From Chitinivibrionales bacterium (lineage in GTDB: Bacteria; Fibrobacterota; Chitinivibrionia; Chitinivibrionales; WJMI01), in the NCBI GenBank assembly GCA_014728015.1, contig WJMI01000147.1:1-45833 (forward strand): a DNA stretch of 45,833 nucleotides. The letters run 5' to 3'. Within the stretch, counting starts at the first letter, position 1; each line of letters starts with the position of its first letter. The translations under genes and the position numbers were made by a program. Shown one piece after another: positions 10,182 through 16,950 of the stretch. The notes beneath the pieces are model-generated. The model did not search any database, was not told the DNA's origin, and saw only the letters and a program-made list of their open reading frames with translations.

Positions 10182-11441
10182 ATGTCCATGGTAGTGGACT
10201 TGTATGAGCTTACCATGGCCCAGGCGTATTTCCTCGAACAGAAAAACGGGACAGCCTCTTTCGAGATCCTGGTTCGTTCCCTGCCGCCTCACTGGGGGTT
10301 TTTTGTCATGGCCGGGCTGACAGAGCTCGAGAGCTACCTGTCGGGTTTCTCGTTCAGCACCGATGATATCGCATCGCTTCGCGAGACCGGGCTTTTCGAT
10401 GATCGGTTCCTGACATTTCTCTACCAGGGAAAGCCCCGCATATCCGTTCGATGCATGCCCGAAGGCTCCGTGTTCTTTCCCGGCGAGCCCATTGCCGAAT
10501 TTCACGGGCCGGTGATAGACATGCAGATACTCGAAACCTACGTGCTGAACATCCTGGGATTCTCCATTCTTCAGGCCACTCTTGCCGCACGCTTCGAGCT
10601 CGCGTCCCGCGGAAAGCCGGTGCTCGACTTCGGCCTGCGCAAGGCCCAGGGCCCCGTGGCATCCATTCGATCGGCCCGCGGCGCCCAGATAGCGGGTTTC
10701 GCCGGAACCAGCAACGTGAAAGCGTCCCAGCTCCTCGATTTCAAGCCCTCGGGAACCATGGCGCATTCCTTTGTTCAGGCCCATGAAACCGAAGAACAGG
10801 CCTTCGAGGCCTTCGCCCGGGTATTTCGCGACCAATCAGTCTTTCTCGTAGACACCTATGATTCCCGGGAAGGTATTCGCACCGCCGCGCAAGTGGCCAA
10901 GCGACTGCTCGACCGGGAAAAAGTGCACATCAAGGGCATCCGCCTTGACAGCGGCAACCTGGCCGGGCTTGCCGGTATGGCGCGCGAACACTTCGACACC
11001 GAGGGGCTTGGGTTTCTCAAGGTGTTTGCCAGCGGCGGCCTCGATGAGTACCTCGTTGCCGACCTGGTGGAGCAGGGGGCGCCGATTGATGGTTTTGGCG
11101 TGGGAACATCCTTTGCCGTGTCGTCTCATGCGCCCGCCCTTGATATTACCTACAAGCCGGTCGAATATGACGGGCGCCCGACACGCAAAACTTCACCGGG
11201 AAAGGAAACGGTATCCGGAAGAAAATCGATTGAGCGGATACAGCATGAGGGCATCTTTGTGGAAGACCACGTTGTCTCCCTCGGGCATCCGGCCGACTTG
11301 CTCGTCCCTTTCGCTGGCGGTGAGCGCATTGATACGGTGCATACCCGTCTCAACCGGAATCTCGCCGGCCTCGCCGCCGCCTGCAAACGAATCAAATCGC
11401 CGTCCCCCTACCCCGTCATTTACGATTCCGGCCGGCAATGA
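10182..11441 (+). CDS. pncB: Nicotinate phosphoribosyltransferase
   Basis: DLYELTM, DFGLRK, GTSNV, GTMAHS (phospho-His), VDTYD, IRLDSG, ASGGLDE, FGVGT; exact start uncertain. Confidence 0.9.
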   Translation: MSMVVDLYELTMAQAYFLEQKNGTASFEILVRSLPPHWGFFVMAGLTELESYLSGFSFSTDDIASLRETGLFDDRFLTFLYQGKPRISVRCMPEGSVFFPGEPIAEFHGPVIDMQILETYVLNILGFSILQATLAARFELASRGKPVLDFGLRKAQGPVASIRSARGAQIAGFAGTSNVKASQLLDFKPSGTMAHSFVQAHETEEQAFEAFARVFRDQSVFLVDTYDSREGIRTAAQVAKRLLDREKVHIKGIRLDSGNLAGLAGMAREHFDTEGLGFLKVFASGGLDEYLVADLVEQGAPIDGFGVGTSFAVSSHAPALDITYKPVEYDGRPTRKTSPGKETVSGRKSIERIQHEGIFVEDHVVSLGHPADLLVPFAGGERIDTVHTRLNRNLAGLAAACKRIKSPSPYPVIYDSGRQ

Positions 11442-11463
11442 CTGCGTTCACCAACCGTCGCCG

Positions 11464-11997
11464 CTAGGCGCCGAGGGTCTCAACCACGTTTCGATACTTA
11501 CGGTGAATCATGCCCTCATCGAACCGAGAGAACTTGTCAAGCATGGCGGTCCGCTCATCCGGCGAAAGGTAGGTCATGGCAGCCGGAAAAAACCTCTTGT
11601 CTTCCTTTTCGATGTGAGCGGGATAGAACTCCGCCAGCGTCTTGAGCCTTTCCGCAACATCGTTCGCGGCGGAATCATCTCCGTCCACGTATCGTTGTTT
11701 GGCTTTCTCGAGCTCAGCAGTCGTTTTCCTCCCGAAGACATGCTCTTGCACGAGCTCGTCCATGACGGTCCGGTCCTCCGCCGACAACCCCTTATTGTCA
11801 AGCTCGGCAAAAAGGATGTCCTCCTCTTTACCGTGATGCGTCTGGTCGGCATAGGTACGAATGAAATCCACGGCCGCATCGACAAACAACGGATCTACAC
11901 CCCGGTTCCGGCGAATGCGCCCGATTTCTTTTTCGATACGTCCGATCATCCGCTCGATCAACCGGTGCTCTTTCATCAACGGGCCTTTGGGCTCCAT
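11464..11997 (-). CDS. Hemerythrin/HHE cation-binding domain protein
   Basis: EHRLIE, HHGKEEDILF, EH..GR, HIEKEDKRFFP; AAGGAG RBS before ATG 11997. Confidence 0.88.
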   Translation of the reverse strand: MEPKGPLMKEHRLIERMIGRIEKEIGRIRRNRGVDPLFVDAAVDFIRTYADQTHHGKEEDILFAELDNKGLSAEDRTVMDELVQEHVFGRKTTAELEKAKQRYVDGDDSAANDVAERLKTLAEFYPAHIEKEDKRFFPAAMTYLSPDERTAMLDKFSRFDEGMIHRKYRNVVETLGA

Positions 11998-12014
11998 CCT
12001 GTTCTCCTTTCCCT

Positions 12015-12650
12015 TTATCCGCCGCCGCGGGCCGCCTCGAACAGCCATGCCTGCTCGAGGAATCTTTTAACCACGTGGGCGTGCGTTATCATTTCGGCGC
12101 CGTTTTCTTGCATGAGCTCGAGCGCCCGGCGCGAGTCGCCTTCCTCGCGCTCAACGCCCCTCACCGCATCTTTGAGCACACTGACCCGGAACGTGCGCTT
12201 CAGCGCATCGAGCACGGAATGCTTGACGCACTGGTCCGTGGCCAGTCCGCAGACATACAACCGGGTCACGGATTGCGCGCGCAGCAGTTCCTCGAACGTG
12301 CCGCCGCTCTCATCCGCGCCCTCGAAAGCCGAATACCCGTCCTGATCCGGTTCCGCCCCTTTGGTAAGAACGACGGTCCCTGAGGGGAACTGGACTGCCG
12401 GATGAAACGCAGCGCCCGGCGTATGTCGTACACAGTGGCGCGGCCATTGGCCGCCTGATGAAGCGAAATGACTCGTTTCCTCGGGATGCCAGTCTCGCGA
12501 TGCAAATACCGGGAGTTGTTCGCGCGCAAACAACTCGAGATACTCGTTTACAGACGCAACTATGGCATCACCATCCGGGACCGGCAAGGCTCCGCCCGGG
12601 CAGAAATCGTTTTGCATGTCAACTACCAGGAGTGCTGATTTCGCATGCAT
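12015..12650 (-). CDS. pncA: Nicotinamidase/pyrazinamidase
   Basis: VDMQNDFCPGGALPV, DWHP, WPRHC, KG..YSAF, GLATDQCV catalytic D/K/C. Confidence 0.92.
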   Translation of the reverse strand: MHAKSALLVVDMQNDFCPGGALPVPDGDAIVASVNEYLELFAREQLPVFASRDWHPEETSHFASSGGQWPRHCVRHTPGAAFHPAVQFPSGTVVLTKGAEPDQDGYSAFEGADESGGTFEELLRAQSVTRLYVCGLATDQCVKHSVLDALKRTFRVSVLKDAVRGVEREEGDSRRALELMQENGAEMITHAHVVKRFLEQAWLFEAARGGG

Positions 12651-12707
12651 ATTTCATCACCTCGCTTTCCATGAGCCCGTGGGTGGACGCGCGATGCCGA
12701 TCGGTTA

Positions 12708-13283
12708 TCACTCATCCATCTCCCGCCGCCGGTATTCTTTCGCCGATTGCACGTAGTCGGGGTTTCCAGGCACCACCACGTGTTTCTGGGAATAGCGCCT
12801 TCCGCCGATATGCGCATCGCCCATCCACAGCTTCTCGCCGTTGACATGCTTGTCGGCAAGCGCATGGGTATCCGCCGCGCGCACCGTGGCATCGAGATAT
12901 GCCAGGCGCAATGAGTCTTTGACCCCAGTGTTGCCGTGGCGATACATATTCGAGATTGCCCAGGTCATGTGCCACGTGTCGAACTTGCCCAGCAAGCTGT
13001 CGACATACTCGAAATAAAGTTCGCTCACTCTTCCGGCCTGCCCGGGTGTAAGCCGCTGGTCCCGAATGGCCCACAGGCTTAAGGACATGCCACGCTCGCC
13101 TTCTTCCATGACCATTTCCGCTATCTCGAGCGTCTGGTCGATGTCCACTCCGTCAAGGAGCACCTCCGCGCGGTCATGCGTGAGGTACCTCATGCATCCT
13201 GCCGTAATCAGCGCGCATGCTACTGCCATCCCGATAACAGCAGCGGCAGACCCCGTATTGTGGATTGCTTTTTCATGTTTCAT
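12708..13283 (-). CDS. Hypothetical lipoprotein
   Basis: Hydrophobic signal with LITAG-C lipobox; protein-like composition; sigma54 promoter upstream. Confidence 0.7.
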   Translation of the reverse strand: MKHEKAIHNTGSAAAVIGMAVACALITAGCMRYLTHDRAEVLLDGVDIDQTLEIAEMVMEEGERGMSLSLWAIRDQRLTPGQAGRVSELYFEYVDSLLGKFDTWHMTWAISNMYRHGNTGVKDSLRLAYLDATVRAADTHALADKHVNGEKLWMGDAHIGGRRYSQKHVVVPGNPDYVQSAKEYRRREMDE

Positions 13284-13336
13284 GGGACAAGGTCTCTTTC
13301 TCCCCGTACGCGTCCGCAGTCGCGACTCTCATAACG

Positions 13337-13352
13337 CGCAAACACGGTGCCA
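13337..13352 (-). promoter_or_regulatory. sigma54 -24/-12 promoter
   Basis: Minus strand TGGCAC-CGTGT-TTGCG, 53 bp before ATG 13283. Confidence 0.72.
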
Positions 13353-13384
13353 ATTGAGCCCTGAGAACCGCCTGAAGTCGGCAA

Positions 13385-13834
13385 TTATGCCTCTTTCCCC
13401 GTCTCCTTCTCCCCTTCTCCCTGTTCCCGGCGCGCGTCCATCATCCGCAGGGACTTGATGACCTTGGGAGCGACTTTCCGGGGAAGGTGGTCACTGCGTC
13501 GCACATGGAACCTGCGCCGCAGGAACGAGTCCAGCGTCCGGCGCCTTCCCTGAGCATCCCGCGCCTTTGATACCCGGTTCCACAGGGCATTGATAAACCG
13601 TAGCTGCTTCGGCGAGGCATACACGCGATCCCGTATCCCGGGCGTGCGATCGACAATCCGTTCGAGAGAGTCTATGAGCGACGAAGCCTGCTCCACGCTC
13701 AGGTCGCGGCTCGATGCCGCCCTTCTTCCGGCTTCATCACGGTAGGCCGACAGCATGACACGATAGTCGCTGTCGCCAAGATGCAGATTGCTCTTCAGCG
13801 CGTGGATTTTCCTCACCTGCGGCTCGGTAGCCAT
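13385..13834 (-). CDS. Mu-phage GemA/gp16 (DUF1018) family protein
   Basis: QVRKIHALKSNLHLGDSDYRVML..ASSRDLS..LIDSL and ASPKQLRFINALW..FLRRRF..KVIKSL two-repeat pattern; GGAGG RBS. Confidence 0.75.
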   Translation of the reverse strand: MATEPQVRKIHALKSNLHLGDSDYRVMLSAYRDEAGRRAASSRDLSVEQASSLIDSLERIVDRTPGIRDRVYASPKQLRFINALWNRVSKARDAQGRRRTLDSFLRRRFHVRRSDHLPRKVAPKVIKSLRMMDARREQGEGEKETGKEA

Positions 13835-13928
13835 ACGCGCTCTCTGCCTCCTTCTATGCGCTCCCCGGTCTCCGATGAGGAATTCGTGTATCCCCGCTCC
13901 ATAGTGATCCCCTTTTCATCAAAGTGGC

Positions 13929-13944
13929 AGCAAAGGGCGTGCCG
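13929..13944 (-). promoter_or_regulatory. sigma54 -24/-12 promoter for the GemA-like gene
   Basis: Minus strand CGGCAC-GCCCT-TTGCT immediately after the stop of the upstream gene. Confidence 0.68.
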
Positions 13945-13949
13945 AACCA

Positions 13950-14807
13950 CTACGGTTGAGCGTAGGAGATACGGTACACGGCGCCGGCGCGGTCATCGGA
14001 GACCAGAAGCGCGCCGTCGGGCATCACCACCACGTCGACCGGCCTTCCCCAGGCATCCTCTCCCTGGAGCCATCCCCGGGCAAACGTTTCATACGACACG
14101 GCGCTGTCACCTTCCAGAGTCACGAGTGTCACCCGATACCCGATCTTTTCGCTCCGGTTCCACGAGCCGTGCTCGGCAATGAATATCTGATTGCGGTATC
14201 CGGCCGGAAACATCCCGCCCGTATAGAACCGCATGCCCAGGGCGGCCACGTGGGGCCCGAGGTCCTGGACCGGTTCTACAAAGGCATTGCAGTCGGCCCC
14301 GATGCCGTACTCGTCGTCGCGTATCCCGCGTCCGTGGCAGAACGGAAACCCGAAATGCATGCCCTTGTGTGGCGCGCGGTTGAGCTCGTCCGGGGGCCGG
14401 TTGTCCCCCATCCAGTCGCGGCCGTTGTCGGTGAACCACAGCACGCCGGTCTCCGGATGCCAGTCAAAACCTACGGTGTTGCGTATGCCGTGAGCGAAGA
14501 CCTCCAACGCGGTACCGTCAGGACGCATTCTCGTGATGCTTGCATATCTCCCGTCATCCCGTTTGCACACATTGCACGGCGCTCCCACCGGGACATACAG
14601 ATACCCGTCAGGGCCCAACGCGATGAATTTCCAGCCGTGCCACTTGTCCCGGGGGAAATCGTCCCGTATCACCACTGGTTCGGGCGGATGTGCCAGCCGC
14701 TCACCGATGTTATCGAAGCGCAGTACGCGGCTTACCTCTGCCACATACAGGTCGCTGTCCAGAACCGCCACGCCATTGGGCATGTGCAATCCCGCGGCAC
14801 GGTTGTG
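13950..14807 (-). pseudogene. PQQ-dependent glucose/sorbosone dehydrogenase family, N-terminally truncated
   Basis: HGWKFIALGPDG, GIRNTVGFDWHP, DNGRD, HGSWNR, GRPVD, VSDD; homology begins mid-domain at AAGLHMPNG, no signal peptide or clear RBS. Confidence 0.6.
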
Positions 14808-15644
14808 TCAGTCGGGGATTGTGATTGACCCCACATCGAGCTCCGGTTGAGGATAGCTCAGGTCAAGAGATTCCAGGCACTGCACGAGCGCCTCAACGAT
14901 CACGAAATCGCGGTACCACCGCCGCTCTGACGGCACGATATACCACGGCGCGTTCTTGGTCGAGCACCGGCCGAGCGCCACTTCATATGCATCCATATAT
15001 TCCCGCCAGTGCTCCCGTTCGGGAATGTCATTCCTGCTGAATTTCCATTGTTTGTCCGGCCGGCGAAGACGCCGTTCAAGGCGTTTCTTCTGGTACGCTT
15101 TGCTCACGTGCAGGTAGAATTTCAGCACGAGCGTGCCTTCATCAACAAGCATTTGTTCGAAGTCGTTGATATGCTCATATCTCTTCTCAAGAACATCGCC
15201 GGGCGCAAGATCCTTCACCTTCTCAATCAGCACCGCCTCATAGTGCGACCGGTTGAATACCCCAATAGTGCCTCGCGCGGGAGCGTGCTGGTGGATACGC
15301 CACAAAAAATCATGCCGACGCTCATGACGGTTCGGCTGCCGAAACGCGGTGGTTTTAACACGCTGCGGATTAAGCGGTCCGAAACACCGGCGTATGGTAC
15401 TGTCCTTCCCCGCGGCATCCATGGCCTGAAGCACTACAAGTATCGCATGCTTCCGCCGGGCATAGAGCATATCGAGCAGACCGGCCGCTTTCTTCTGCAA
15501 GACGCTGGTTGCGGCTTTGATATCGGCTTTCGCGGCCGGGTCACCCTCGCGCGTCTGAAAACCATCGAGGGCCACCCCCGATCCCGGGGCCACCCGGTAT
15601 CGTTCAATGTCGGCACGCATGTCCGGACCCATTTGCACGGTCAT
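14808..15644 (-). CDS. ppk2: Polyphosphate kinase 2, class III-like
   Basis: Walker A AMDAAGKD, HDFLWR, FNRSHYE, lid RLERRL..KQWKF; ATG 15644 overlaps the upstream stop (ATGA). Confidence 0.9.
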   Translation of the reverse strand: MTVQMGPDMRADIERYRVAPGSGVALDGFQTREGDPAAKADIKAATSVLQKKAAGLLDMLYARRKHAILVVLQAMDAAGKDSTIRRCFGPLNPQRVKTTAFRQPNRHERRHDFLWRIHQHAPARGTIGVFNRSHYEAVLIEKVKDLAPGDVLEKRYEHINDFEQMLVDEGTLVLKFYLHVSKAYQKKRLERRLRRPDKQWKFSRNDIPEREHWREYMDAYEVALGRCSTKNAPWYIVPSERRWYRDFVIVEALVQCLESLDLSYPQPELDVGSITIPD

Positions 15645-16384
15645 GACCAGTCTCCGGTACGCCATTGCTCTCCGCAGCCTTCGCCATCGCCTACAAGGAT
15701 TGCCACAAAATCCAGCAATGCTCTTCGCGCCTCGCCTACCGGGAAATAGAACGCATTCCAGTTGTCACTGTCTTCGCCGTCATGGTTCACCAGCACGTGC
15801 TCGAAATGCACCGCCAGCTTCAGCTCATCGTATGCGGCCCCGGCGCGGCGCTCGACTTCTTCGAGATCTTTCAATGACAGTTCGCCTTTCTGCCGTCTGG
15901 TCCTGCGCAGGAGCTTGCGGCGCGAGACATCCGTCACGAAACGCCTGGGATCAACCCCTTCGGTCTGGTGAACAAACCGCATCTCCTCGCCGCTCAGCGG
16001 CGACAGGTAGATCCCGACCGACGGCATCTCTTTCAGCGTTTCATTAGTCAGCATCTCGTGCGCCACAACAGGATTACCCTCATACAGCACATCTCCGGCT
16101 TCAAGCTGCGGCAGCAATCCGTTCACGTCCAGCGCCTGCAAATCCCCGCGCACGTCCATGACAATGAATCCCTGCCGGCCGCGACAGCCTTCGATTTCGG
16201 CGCGCTCCCGGAAATGATAGTCCTTGCCGTCCACTTCGCCCGGCCGCGGGGTGCGGCTGTTATACAGCACGACATGTGACAGGCGGTGATAGATTTCGGG
16301 ATGCAGCCGTGCAACACACCGCTTGAGCGGTGATTTGCCCGCGCACGACGGGCCCGTAAGAATGATCAATCTTCCCATGCGCAT
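15641..16384 (-). CDS. Divergent guanylate-kinase-like P-loop kinase
   Basis: GPSCAGKS P-loop and SRTPRPGEVDGKDYHF GK motif, but divergent NMP-binding region. Confidence 0.75.
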   Translation of the reverse strand: MRMGRLIILTGPSCAGKSPLKRCVARLHPEIYHRLSHVVLYNSRTPRPGEVDGKDYHFRERAEIEGCRGRQGFIVMDVRGDLQALDVNGLLPQLEAGDVLYEGNPVVAHEMLTNETLKEMPSVGIYLSPLSGEEMRFVHQTEGVDPRRFVTDVSRRKLLRRTRRQKGELSLKDLEEVERRAGAAYDELKLAVHFEHVLVNHDGEDSDNWNAFYFPVGEARRALLDFVAILVGDGEGCGEQWRTGDWS

Positions 16385-16419
16385 ATTTCCTTCCCTTGGC
16401 GGCAGGCAAGCCCCGCCCG

Positions 16420-16926
16420 TTACACTTCTTCATCTACCACGAGCCCCTCGGCATCACGCAGGTCGTTTATCCAGCGCAGGAAATCATCGTGGGTAATCTT
16501 GCGCACAAGCTCATAGGCGGCTTCGCCCTTTCTATTCAGCGCTATGAGATCGACGTAAAGCTCCGCGTTTTCTTCATACACGCGAAACCGGTAGGCGCTT
16601 TTGTGACGGGCAAGTACTGCATTCGAGAACTCGGCCGCCTTCTCCAGCGTGTGCGCGTAGGCGCTCGCTTCGCGGCGCGGGTACGCGTGCCCGCGCACCC
16701 GTTCTCGCGGGACATACTCGGTTACGCTCTTGTCCTCCCGCGGGGCCTGTGACGGGTCAGGCTCCCGGGTGTTCATTTCATCGTACTCGCGGGACACGGC
16801 CGGCCGCTCGCGCATCTGCCCCCCCTCGCGCTCCGGCACATGCTGCCAGTACTGCATTTCCTTGAAGAAAGGCGCCAGAAGTCCATGGATATAGGCGCTC
16901 CGTGAGTGTTCCGACATTTCGTTCAT
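16420..16926 (-). CDS. Hypothetical protein with FlaG-like C-terminal domain
   Basis: LEKAAEFSNAVL..YRFRVYEE..LYVDLI..LVRKI..EGLVVDEEV mirrors the FlaG pattern; GGAG RBS. Confidence 0.55.
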   Translation of the reverse strand: MNEMSEHSRSAYIHGLLAPFFKEMQYWQHVPEREGGQMRERPAVSREYDEMNTREPDPSQAPREDKSVTEYVPRERVRGHAYPRREASAYAHTLEKAAEFSNAVLARHKSAYRFRVYEENAELYVDLIALNRKGEAAYELVRKITHDDFLRWINDLRDAEGLVVDEEV

Positions 16927-16950
16927 GGAATGCTCCGGGTGTCCGGCACG

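Noticed and set aside
13352-13392. Fourth copy of the tandem enhancer (CTGAGAA half-site)
   Set aside because: Only one half-site matches and it abuts the -24 box instead of lying about 60 bp away.
13385-13834. Prophage around the GemA-like gene
   Set aside because: Neighbours are host metabolic genes; no other phage or transposase genes.
14808-14810. ppk2 TGA as a second selenocysteine/read-through codon
   Set aside because: Not at a catalytic Cys position, PPK2 is complete at that point, no convincing SECIS-like hairpin, and in-frame adjacency has a 1-in-3 chance.
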